A DNA stretch of 64,000 nt from Candidatus Acidiferrum sp. (GTDB lineage: Bacteria > Vulcanimicrobiota > Vulcanimicrobiia > Vulcanimicrobiales > Vulcanimicrobiaceae). This document shows positions 37,546 through 46,180 of the stretch, one piece after another (within the stretch, counting starts at the first letter, position 1; each line of letters begins with the position of its first letter). The DNA lies in the NCBI GenBank assembly GCA_035507095.1, contig DATJOM010000074.1:3941-67940 (forward strand), given 5' to 3'. Below the pieces are notes generated by a model. It saw nothing but the letters and a program-made list of their open reading frames with translations. It made no database searches and had not been told where the DNA came from. The translations under genes and the position numbers were made by a program.

Positions 37546-38309
37546 AACTCCTTCTCGGCATTCCCAGCGCCGGTGCACCCGCCGCCCCATTTCTCGAGAG
37601 CCTCGCAAAGCTCGAACTCCCGCCGTCGGCCGAGCAATTCACGCGCTGCGTGATCACCGGTAACTATGTGCCGGCGCAACGCGATCTCATCGTTGAACGC
37701 GCGCTCGAATCGAGCGCCGACATCCTCATCATGTGTGACGACGATATGGTGTTACCGCCGCATGCGGTCACCCGGCTCTGCGCAACGCTCGAAGCAAACC
37801 CGCGAGCTGCAATCGCCGGCGCGCTCTACTATTCGCGCGATGGCTTCCGGCCTATGGTCGTCGATAAGTGGAACGAGCACGACACGCGGACAGCCATCAT
37901 CCCCGCCTTCGATCGCGAGCCGGTGGCCGTCGACGGTGTCGGCTTCGGATGCGTCGCCTTGCGGGTTAGCGCGTTACGCGAATTGATGCCACCGTACTTC
38001 GCAGCGCACATCTTCGTGGAACGCGAAGCCGGCCGCGTTCGGGTATGCGACGAGGACTATCTGTTTTGCGCGAGAGTGCGGCGAGCGAGATGGTCGGTCG
38101 TGCTCGACCCAAACGTTCGCTGCGGGCACTACAACCGCCAGCTCCAGCGCACGATGCCGGATGTATGGGAAGGACCTGAAGTTACCGCGCAGGCGCGCAT
38201 CGCCGCGCTCGTTGACGGACGCCCGACGCTGATTCCGGAACAAGACGTCCGGGAAAGCACGGCGGAATCGCAGGTTCAGGCCGATTTGCGGTACATCATC
38301 GTACCGTAG
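37521..38309 (+). CDS. GT-A (family 2-like) glycosyltransferase-like protein
   Basis: ILIMCDDDMVLPP (DxD-type) and VCDEDYLFCARVRRARWSVVLDPNVRCGH (GT2 ED..L/F.C.R motif). Alternative TTG start at 37542 forms a TTGA overlap with the upstream stop. Confidence 0.55.
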   Translation: MRRRNAELKLLLGIPSAGAPAAPFLESLAKLELPPSAEQFTRCVITGNYVPAQRDLIVERALESSADILIMCDDDMVLPPHAVTRLCATLEANPRAAIAGALYYSRDGFRPMVVDKWNEHDTRTAIIPAFDREPVAVDGVGFGCVALRVSALRELMPPYFAAHIFVEREAGRVRVCDEDYLFCARVRRARWSVVLDPNVRCGHYNRQLQRTMPDVWEGPEVTAQARIAALVDGRPTLIPEQDVRESTAESQVQADLRYIIVP

Positions 38310-38315
38310 AAAAGT

Positions 38316-38693
38316 TCAGCGAGCGTCGTTGAGGATTGCGCCGTTCTGCTGGCGCCTGCCGATAACCGACCGCGCATACGCTTTCCAGCGCGAAATTAAC
38401 TGCAAGCGGCCACCCGACTCATCTTGAAAGCGCTGCAAGCGCTTGAGCTGCCATTCGCGGTACTCAAGAATGCGGCGCACACGCGTGGCGATCTCGTTGT
38501 CGAATTCGGCCGTCCGCTCGGCCTGCGCTGCCTCCCATGCGTTCATCACCGCATGACGTGCACGGCCCATGTCGGAGAGCAGGTGTTCGAAGGCCGTCCA
38601 GTCGCGTCGATCGATCAAGGGACCAAGCTCGCGACACTGGACCTCGAGTTCGGTAACGCCGGTTCGAACGTCTTCGAGTGCCGACCTAGCCAA
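38316..38693 (-). CDS. hypothetical helical protein in the FliT position downstream of fliS
   Basis: 125 aa, helical and charged sequence. 8-nt overlap with the fliS stop. Assignment by position only. Confidence 0.4.
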   Translation of the reverse strand: MARSALEDVRTGVTELEVQCRELGPLIDRRDWTAFEHLLSDMGRARHAVMNAWEAAQAERTAEFDNEIATRVRRILEYREWQLKRLQRFQDESGGRLQLISRWKAYARSVIGRRQQNGAILNDAR

Positions 38694-39144
38694 CGGCCGC
38701 GAATGTCGACGTCATACCGTCGCCTCCAGCAAGCCCCGTCTGTCCTCGCTTTTGCGCCTTGAACTGCGTCACGGCGACGTTCCAGGTGTCGCGGTATTCG
38801 CGCGCGTACCCGAGGATGCGCTCGACCCGCGTCGGGTCTTTGCGCATGTTCGCCATCACCAACTCGCGATGCCAGAAGCCATACACGCGCAGCAGATTCT
38901 CCGAGAGCTCGCCGCCAATTTCCATGTTCAGTGAGCTCATCAACACGGTGCAAGCACGCTGCCCACGTAACAGCGCCTTGTGGATGCCTTCGATGTCGTC
39001 GCGCTCGTTCACCAGTTTCTCGTGCGCCTGTTGCGTCGCAATTATCAGGACATCGAAGATCTTCACGATGAGATCCTCGGGCGCCGCAGTGAGAATCGAC
39101 GTCTCGAGATAGGTCTGCTGCTCGTTGTTCTTCCGCGTCGCCAT
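38686..39144 (-). CDS. fliS: flagellin-specific export chaperone FliS
   Basis: YLETSILTAAPEDLIVKIFDVLI...GELSENLLRVYGFWHRELVMAN, typical FliS four-helix pattern. Confidence 0.9.
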   Translation of the reverse strand: MATRKNNEQQTYLETSILTAAPEDLIVKIFDVLIIATQQAHEKLVNERDDIEGIHKALLRGQRACTVLMSSLNMEIGGELSENLLRVYGFWHRELVMANMRKDPTRVERILGYAREYRDTWNVAVTQFKAQKRGQTGLAGGDGMTSTFAAVG

Positions 39145-39146
39145 TA

Positions 39147-41147
39147 CTAGCTGCCCGATCCCGACGTGCTACTGGTAGTCGAGAATCCGAAGACCGACGC
39201 GAGTTCTTGCTGTTCGGCTTGAAGGCCCGCGATCGCGGTTTCACTCGCGACGAATCCCGTGCGCAGCGAGTTCGCCTGCGCGTTAGCTGCATCGGTAATC
39301 TGCGTCACCTGCTGCTGCAGGTTTGTAATCGTATCGTTGTTGCCGTTCTCGTCGTTCTGTATTAGCGAGACCGACGGTACCGTACCGACCGGACCCGCGT
39401 TGAGCAAGGTGGGTGCTCCGGTCACGGTTGCCAGGTACGAGCCCAACTGCGTGGTCAAGCTATTCGCGCCGACGAGTAATGCTTGCACGGCGCTCGGGTT
39501 CGCCTGCAGCGCCGCGAGGAATGAGTTCACATCGAGCGGCGCGAGCAGCCCGCTCGTTCCGTCAATGGTTTGCTGCTGCACGGGTGAATTGCCCGGGCCC
39601 TGATCGTCGATGCTCGTCGCTTCAACCGTCGCAAAGGAACTATTGAGCAACAAGCCGGCCTGCGAGAGGGAATTGTAGGTTGGGTTGTTGCCGAGGAATC
39701 CACCGACGATGTCTTCGAGTTGCGGAATAATCGTCGAGACCGACGGGTCGCCCCACAACACGCCGCCCGGTACCGACTGCGCGATCGAATTCGTGCCGGG
39801 TTGAATCGCGAGCACGATCGGCGGAGCCGTCGCATTGTTGATCTCGTTGACCGCGGCATTATAGACCGAGACGAAGTTTTGCACCGCCGACACCAGCAAC
39901 GAATTGTTCTGCGTCACATTCAACGTGAACGGCGTCGTGGTATTCCCGGAGATTGAAAGCGAAATGCCGGGGATCGCATTGGTAACCGTGTTCGAGTTAT
40001 TGTAGTAGGTGCTCGACGAGCCGTCAGGATTCTCGACCGTGATCGCCGACTGCTGACCAACCGTCGTCGTGGCGCCGCTCGCCGCCGTCAATCCGGCCGC
40101 GGCCAAGAAATTGCTCGTGTCGCCGGACGCGCCGAGCACGATGCTCTGCGGTCCGGAGTTCGTATTGGTCAACTCGATCTGCCCGGTGATCGCATTGAAG
40201 ACCGCGGTCACGCCGGCGGAGCTACTGTTGATCTCGTTCAGAATGTCGTTGAGATTCTGACCGCTGGTGACCTGAATCTTCACGCCGTTGATCGTGAAGG
40301 TTCCGGCCGTCACCGGCGTTACGAAGCCCGCGTCGTTGGTCGAGTTGAAGTCGGCATCCGGGTTGATGCCACCGACGTCCGCGGTGCCTTCGATGAACCC
40401 GCCGCTGCCGCTGTTAATCAACTGCGCGTTGCTCAACTGGAACACGCTCAGCAAATTGCCCTGGTCTTGCACGCTGCCGAGCGAGATCTGCTGATCGCTC
40501 GACGTGAATTCGACCTTGCCGTTCACCAGCGTCGCCAAGAACCCCGCGTCGGCTTGCGAGTCGACCTGTGAGGTAATGTTGTTCAGGATTTGGTTGAGCG
40601 ATTGCCCGTCGACGTTGTATGAGATCGACACGCCGTCAACCGTGACCGACCCGTCGCCATTCGTTCCGTTCGAGGGAACCACGCTCGCGTAAGAGTATGC
40701 GAGCGGTACGGTGTTCGACGCCTGACCGGCATACGGACCGCTCGTGAGCGTGTCGGTGATCGAATGGCCCGCGGTCGCGCTCGAAAGAATCGACGTGTTC
40801 GTGGCGGCCTTCACGCTCTCGATCGTGTACAGTCCCGGCGTTGCGCTCACGCCGGGAACGCCGGAAGCCGAAAGCGCCGAGCTGCTCGACGTCGCTTGAT
40901 ACGTGTCGAAGAGGTCGGGGTTCGAAAGATTCCCGAGCGCGTTCTGCACGCTGCTCAGCAAGTTGCTGATCTTGATCAGCTCGGCGTTTGCGTTGTTTAG
41001 CGTCGCGATCTGCGCGTTGAGCTGCGTCGTCGGCGCGAGGCTCAGCTGCGTCAGCTTTTCGATGATGGAATTATAGTCGATGCCCGAGACGATCCCCGGG
41101 AACGAGATCGGCGCAGCGTTGGTGCCGAGAGTACCGCCAGTTGACAC
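39147..41147 (-). CDS. fliD: flagellar filament cap protein (hook-associated protein 2)
   Basis: N-terminal ISFPGIVSGIDYNSIIEKLTQLSLAPTTQLNAQI and a C-terminal FliD_C-type coiled coil (...LRTGFVASETAIAGLQAEQQ). 666 aa. Confidence 0.9.
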   Translation of the reverse strand: MSTGGTLGTNAAPISFPGIVSGIDYNSIIEKLTQLSLAPTTQLNAQIATLNNANAELIKISNLLSSVQNALGNLSNPDLFDTYQATSSSSALSASGVPGVSATPGLYTIESVKAATNTSILSSATAGHSITDTLTSGPYAGQASNTVPLAYSYASVVPSNGTNGDGSVTVDGVSISYNVDGQSLNQILNNITSQVDSQADAGFLATLVNGKVEFTSSDQQISLGSVQDQGNLLSVFQLSNAQLINSGSGGFIEGTADVGGINPDADFNSTNDAGFVTPVTAGTFTINGVKIQVTSGQNLNDILNEINSSSAGVTAVFNAITGQIELTNTNSGPQSIVLGASGDTSNFLAAAGLTAASGATTTVGQQSAITVENPDGSSSTYYNNSNTVTNAIPGISLSISGNTTTPFTLNVTQNNSLLVSAVQNFVSVYNAAVNEINNATAPPIVLAIQPGTNSIAQSVPGGVLWGDPSVSTIIPQLEDIVGGFLGNNPTYNSLSQAGLLLNSSFATVEATSIDDQGPGNSPVQQQTIDGTSGLLAPLDVNSFLAALQANPSAVQALLVGANSLTTQLGSYLATVTGAPTLLNAGPVGTVPSVSLIQNDENGNNDTITNLQQQVTQITDAANAQANSLRTGFVASETAIAGLQAEQQELASVFGFSTTSSTSGSGS

Positions 41148-41155
41148 GGTGTTGG

Positions 41156-41551
41156 CTACGCTTTCTTGTCGAGAGTGACGCCGTCGATCTGATCGAAGAA
41201 TTCGGCCAAACCAATGAGCTCTTGCGGGGGAAATTGTGCGACCTCTTCACCTGTCTCCGGATTGGTGAAGACGGTCACGACGAGTTGGAGTTCGCTGACG
41301 TACTTGTAGGAAATCGCGAGCTGCGGCGAAGTAGCCGACGATCCGGACGTGCTTCCGACGTTGTAGAGTTTGGCAACCACCGATGCAATCGTCGAGGATT
41401 CGCCGGCTTGATGGGGAGGCGGTGCAGCGGCAGAGGAACTAGAAGAGGTCGCCGGCGCCTGTTGCGCTGCAGCAACCTCCGTTGTTTGGGGTGTTTGCGG
41501 CACCCCTTCGCCTTGACCGGTACCAGCCGCGGCGACGGTCTGAACGTCCAT
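41156..41551 (-). CDS. flaG: flagellar protein FlaG
   Basis: C-terminal LQLVVTVFTNPETGEEVAQFPPQELIGLAEFF matches the FlaG family pattern. Sits immediately upstream of fliD. Confidence 0.8.
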   Translation of the reverse strand: MDVQTVAAAGTGQGEGVPQTPQTTEVAAAQQAPATSSSSSAAAPPPHQAGESSTIASVVAKLYNVGSTSGSSATSPQLAISYKYVSELQLVVTVFTNPETGEEVAQFPPQELIGLAEFFDQIDGVTLDKKA

Positions 41552-41579
41552 GTTTACAATCCTTCTCCCGCTTCTTCCG

Positions 41580-41607
41580 TTTTCGACCTACACGGCCGCC
41601 TATTTTA
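41580..41607 (-). promoter_or_regulatory. sigma-28 (FliA/SigD)-like promoter candidate for flaG-fliD-fliS
   Basis: Minus strand TAAA-N16-GTCGAAAA (6 of 8 to GCCGATAA). Same 16-nt spacing as the fliC candidate. The leader then has three GGA motifs (cGGAagaagcgGGAgaaGGAtt) before the ATG. Confidence 0.4.
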
Positions 41608-43578
41608 GGCCCGGACCCCGGCCGCCTCGGCATAGGCGCCCAAAACCGTTTGGAGCGCCCGCAGCGGGTCGGCAATTTCGGCCGTCCGCTCGGCGATCTG
41701 GTGCCCGATCGCGGGGGCCCGCATCCAGGCCTGGCGCAGTGCCGTTGTCGCGCTTTCGAGCGAGGCAGGGTCAACCCCGCCCATAGCCTCCGGCCACAGC
41801 TGCGCGTAGGGCAGCGTCCGCGACATCACCGGGGGCACGCCGTGCGCCGCGGCGCGCGCCGCCCGCGAGGCGCCGTGGCCGGCCCAGGAAAGGTCGGCGT
41901 AGACCCGTGCACCCGCGTAGAACGCTGCCAGCTGCTCTGCCGTGAGCGCGTCTTCGGGAAGACAGACGAATTGGCTGCCCCCGATGCCAAGCAGCGCGTA
42001 ATAGTAATCAACCTCGACAACGGTCCCGACAAGGACGGCGGGCAGGCCGGCGGCCGCCAACGCGCGGGCTGCCAGAAACTGATTCCCGCGTGGATCGATG
42101 ATGCCATGGAGCAGGACGTATTCGTCGAGTCCGCTGATCGCGCCGATTGGATCGGTGGCCACCGGGCTCGCCGGTACACACGGGACCACACGCGACGCAC
42201 CGGTGAATGTGAAGAGCGCGCGAACGCGCGTTTCCTCTTCCGTGCTTGCGAAAATCACCGCGCGCGCCTGTTCCAGCAGGCGGCTTACCGCGCTCCGATC
42301 GTACGCCGGCGTCCCGCGCTCGTGTCCACCGCCCACGAGCAGCCGCCGCGCGATCAATCCGCGTTCGATTGACGCTTGCGCCATGTCATCGCGAACGCCG
42401 GTGAGCATCGTGCGAATCGCGCTCGAGCCCCAGAGTGCCTCGTGATCGAAATCATCCAAGAGCGGTGTGCTGACGACCGGCACGGCAAGGCGCTTCGCTT
42501 CTTCCAGCACAGGGCCGAATTGATGGGCGTGGCGATGGCCGAAGACGTGTATCAGATCGAAGCTCTCGGCCCGCGCTGCGGACGCGACACTGAGCTTCGC
42601 GTTGAAACCCTGTACGCAAAGCGCGTTGACCAGGTCGCGTGCCTGATCGACGTCGGCATCGGGCACGGTGAGTCCGTTGTCGCGGATCACGACGAGAATG
42701 TGGCCTTCCGAACCGCCGATGACCGGAGCGCCCACGAGGCGATTCGCGCGCAGGATCGGCTCACGCGATCGAACGCCGAAGCGGCGGATCTCGGGGCCGT
42801 CCTGCAGATCGAACGAACAGGCTACCGATGCAAAGAGTGGACGTGCGACGCCGACGGTTCGCGCGCTTTCACCGTTGTCATCCAAACTCAGCGAGGCTGC
42901 CGCGTCGGCACTGTGCGCGGGCGCGATCGAAACGTCGAACGCCGCGCGTGGCAGATCGCCGTACACCCCCAGGCCATACCAGGCGCGTGCGTGCTCGTTA
43001 CGTGCCGGAGTGCCAAGATCGGCATGCACGCTTGCCGCGATCCCAGCCAGCAATGACGCGCCGAGTCCGCCGTCAGCCGATCGGATTCCAACGCGCCGTC
43101 CCTTGGCAAAGCGCTGCGCGTAGACGTACGGTGCGGCGTCCGCCAGCACAACATCGACCGGTGCCGCACACAGGAAGCGCGACGCACGCGCCGCGGCAAA
43201 CGTTTCGCGCGCCTGCACGCTCTCGGTGAAGTAGCCGATTCGCTCCTCGATGATCCCACCGAGCAGCGCGTGCGAAAGGAGCCAGGGCTCAACGCGTTCC
43301 TCGATTTCAGGCAAGGTCTGTTCTTCGAGCGGCAGCCACGATGGCCAGATCAGCGGGCTCGATTCGCGAACGCTGATCATCGTGGGATCGATTTGTACGA
43401 AGGGAAGGAGCACGATCTCGCCGTCACGCTGAAATACGAGATCCATCCAGCCCTGTGGCCAATTGCAATACGACGGCTGCAGCCGCGCCGCGAGCAAATA
43501 CGGCGCACCGACGACGCGCGCAAATCGTCCAGGCTCGCTGAACGGCGCATAGCGCCCCATCTGCGAATGGCGTCTCAT
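41605..43578 (-). CDS. GT4/GT1-like glycosyltransferase with large N-terminal domain of unknown function
   Basis: ORF 41605..43677 trimmed to the ATG at 43578 (ATGA overlap with the upstream stop). C-terminal half shows a GT-B pattern (HVFGHRHAH..., ...AARAAAHGVPPVMS). Confidence 0.62.
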   Translation of the reverse strand: MRRHSQMGRYAPFSEPGRFARVVGAPYLLAARLQPSYCNWPQGWMDLVFQRDGEIVLLPFVQIDPTMISVRESSPLIWPSWLPLEEQTLPEIEERVEPWLLSHALLGGIIEERIGYFTESVQARETFAAARASRFLCAAPVDVVLADAAPYVYAQRFAKGRRVGIRSADGGLGASLLAGIAASVHADLGTPARNEHARAWYGLGVYGDLPRAAFDVSIAPAHSADAAASLSLDDNGESARTVGVARPLFASVACSFDLQDGPEIRRFGVRSREPILRANRLVGAPVIGGSEGHILVVIRDNGLTVPDADVDQARDLVNALCVQGFNAKLSVASAARAESFDLIHVFGHRHAHQFGPVLEEAKRLAVPVVSTPLLDDFDHEALWGSSAIRTMLTGVRDDMAQASIERGLIARRLLVGGGHERGTPAYDRSAVSRLLEQARAVIFASTEEETRVRALFTFTGASRVVPCVPASPVATDPIGAISGLDEYVLLHGIIDPRGNQFLAARALAAAGLPAVLVGTVVEVDYYYALLGIGGSQFVCLPEDALTAEQLAAFYAGARVYADLSWAGHGASRAARAAAHGVPPVMSRTLPYAQLWPEAMGGVDPASLESATTALRQAWMRAPAIGHQIAERTAEIADPLRALQTVLGAYAEAAGVRA

Positions 43579-46172
43579 TTCGCCGTGACTCCGAGCGCGC
43601 GTCGTAGCGCACTGGGGCTTCGATCGCGCAGCGTGCGCACGTCGATCCAACGCCGATCGCTCTGCTGCGCCATCCATGCCTGCTCGCTATCGTAATCGGT
43701 GATGTCGATGTCGGCACACTGCGCAGGCGCGATCTCCGCCTTCTCGAGAATGCGCTCGACGCGACCACCGATCGTCATCGCGTCCGGTTCGCCGAACGCA
43801 GCGATCGCGAGCGCGACGCGATCATCCAGTTTGAACGCAACGGCGAAGCGGCGCACGAACTGCGCCACTTCCGTCCACTCTGCCTCGTTACGGACGGCTA
43901 CCGCGAAGACCGCGCGCGCGTCTCCCAACGGGTCGGCCGGCGCGACCTCGACGGTTACGGCCTGCGACTCGCGGACAACCGGCAGCGGATGGTAATGTTC
44001 GGCCGTCTTGAACCCGCGCGCATGTGCCTGGTCGGCGCTGTAGCCCGCTGCGGGAAGCGATCCCGAAAATCCCCATTTCTTCGCAAAGCGTTCCCAATTC
44101 GCGTTCATCGTGGCCGAATAGTCGACGTTGTTTGCCACAAACGACCGGCTGCCGAAATGATGGATGAAGACATCGTTGCAGACGTAGATCAAATAGCCCG
44201 CAGCGCGCACGCGCATGCAGTAGTCATCGTCCTCGAAGTTCCCGATCGCGTAGCCTTCGTCGAGGCCTCCAATTTGCTCGAGTACCTCGCGGCTGATGCA
44301 CCAGCAGAATCCGATCGCCCGATCGGTGACGTAGCCGTTCCCCGCGTACGCGCGACGCCGTTCAAGTGCGAATGCTTGCATCTCGTTTTCGTCGCGATAA
44401 CCGGCTTCGGGCAACTGTTGATCGCCCGCTACCAAGTTGCTCCGCGGCGCGGAGATACCGAGGCCGGGGATACGTCGAAACGCATCGACCAGACTGTCGG
44501 CCCAACCCGGCGTTACTATGACGTCATTGTTCAAGAGGATGACGTACTTCCCGAGCGCGTGCGCGATCCCGTCGTTGTTGCCTCCGGCAAATCCGCGGTT
44601 CGTTTTGTTGTAGATAATCCGCACGTGCGGATCGTCGATCGTTGCCAACGCCTTAAGCGTCTCGGGCCCCGAACCGTTATCGACGACGATGACCTCGTAG
44701 GGCTCGGCGGTGTGCTGCCGGATCGACTCGAGCGCCTTCATCGTAAACTCGGGCGCGTTCCAGCTCAACGTGACGATCGAGAGCAGACCGCGCTCGAATG
44801 CCGGCCGGGAACGCAGGACGCGCTCGATCGCTTCGGGTGAACGATCGAGGACCTCGGGAAACGTGCTTGGCGCCAACCGCGCGAGCGAATGCGCAGCCAC
44901 GGTTCCGCGACCGAGCTGCAGCCCGCGCGTGAGGAAATCGACCGTGGCAGCGTCGAGCGAAGAGAAGTCGCCGAGCCTGAGATGTTGAGGGAACATGCGC
45001 AGGCGTAAGAGGACGCAACGCGCATCGCTGGTTGCCATCGGCTCGTGCGTCCCGCGCCGTACGCCGTCGGCGAAGGTTGCAGCCGCGCCATTTGTCGGCG
45101 CGGTAGAACGCGCGAGCAATTCGTCGAGCCAGCCTTCTCCGAGCTGCGTGTCTGCACGGACGAAGGCCACGAAGCGTTCGCCGCGCAGGTCCATGAGTTC
45201 GCGCGCACGCTCGACGGCGTCATTTGCGCTGCACCAGACGATTGCACCGACCGGCGAGCGATTGGCGCGAATGGCTTGCTCGAAGGTGGCGCGATCGAAG
45301 TCCGCGGGAACGCCATGGACGAGCACGTCGATCGGCAAGGTTTTCAAGAGCCCGAGCATCTCGCCGCCATTTCCCGAGCGACGCACGCTTTCGTAAACAC
45401 CGGCGTCGACAAATCGCCGCGCCGCATCAAACTCTACCTTGTTGTGCCAACGATCACCGAGTCGCTGCAGGTTCGGTTGCATGCGACGAAAGCGCTGCGT
45501 GCCGGACTGCGATTCGAAGTGAATCAGCGAGGCAGCGGGTTCGTAGAGCACCCGGAGCCCACGTTCGCGCACCTTCAGGCAAAAATCGACGTCCTCGTTG
45601 CCGTTCCAATAGCCTTCGTCGAGACCGCCTAATTCGAGGTACAGTTCGCGCGGCGTCGCAAGGCACGCCCCCGTTACAACTTGATAATCGCGCGCGACCT
45701 GCGCATCCTTACACGCGTCGTCGAGCTCGCTGTACCAGAAGTGAAATGGCTGCATCCCGATTGCGCTGTACGGCCACCAACGTATTGCCACGCCCGCGTG
45801 CTGAATTGCGCGATTTGGAAAGAGCAGCTTCGCCCCGACGATGCCGATACTCGGGTCCTCGAATCGACGCATGACCGGCGCGAGCCATTGACTGATGGGT
45901 TCGGTATCGTTATTGAGCAAGACGAGGATGCGGCCACGCGCCGCGCGCGCCCCCTGATTGTTCGCGCCCGCGAACCCGAGATTCGTCTCATTACGAATCG
46001 CGCGGATCCACGGAAATTGTGCGAGAACCTCTTGCGTGTGGTCGGTCGACGCGTTGTCGATTACGATCACTTCACCTTCACCGGCACCCTCGAGCGACGG
46101 GCGAAGCTTGCTCAGACAATTTCGCGTCAGGTCCGCCTTGTTGAAGACGGGAATGATGATCGAGTAGTCCAC
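43575..46172 (-). CDS. tandem GT2 glycosyltransferase (two family-2 catalytic domains)
   Basis: Domain 1: YSIIIPVFNKADLTRNCL...VIVIDNASTDHT...NLGFAGANNQGA...LLNNDTEP. Domain 2: LSIVTLSWNAPEFTMKAL...VIVVDNGSGPET...NRGFAGGNNDGI...LLNNDVIV. Confidence 0.85.
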   Translation of the reverse strand: MDYSIIIPVFNKADLTRNCLSKLRPSLEGAGEGEVIVIDNASTDHTQEVLAQFPWIRAIRNETNLGFAGANNQGARAARGRILVLLNNDTEPISQWLAPVMRRFEDPSIGIVGAKLLFPNRAIQHAGVAIRWWPYSAIGMQPFHFWYSELDDACKDAQVARDYQVVTGACLATPRELYLELGGLDEGYWNGNEDVDFCLKVRERGLRVLYEPAASLIHFESQSGTQRFRRMQPNLQRLGDRWHNKVEFDAARRFVDAGVYESVRRSGNGGEMLGLLKTLPIDVLVHGVPADFDRATFEQAIRANRSPVGAIVWCSANDAVERARELMDLRGERFVAFVRADTQLGEGWLDELLARSTAPTNGAAATFADGVRRGTHEPMATSDARCVLLRLRMFPQHLRLGDFSSLDAATVDFLTRGLQLGRGTVAAHSLARLAPSTFPEVLDRSPEAIERVLRSRPAFERGLLSIVTLSWNAPEFTMKALESIRQHTAEPYEVIVVDNGSGPETLKALATIDDPHVRIIYNKTNRGFAGGNNDGIAHALGKYVILLNNDVIVTPGWADSLVDAFRRIPGLGISAPRSNLVAGDQQLPEAGYRDENEMQAFALERRRAYAGNGYVTDRAIGFCWCISREVLEQIGGLDEGYAIGNFEDDDYCMRVRAAGYLIYVCNDVFIHHFGSRSFVANNVDYSATMNANWERFAKKWGFSGSLPAAGYSADQAHARGFKTAEHYHPLPVVRESQAVTVEVAPADPLGDARAVFAVAVRNEAEWTEVAQFVRRFAVAFKLDDRVALAIAAFGEPDAMTIGGRVERILEKAEIAPAQCADIDITDYDSEQAWMAQQSDRRWIDVRTLRDRSPSALRRALGVTAK

Positions 46173-46180
46173 CGGATGGG

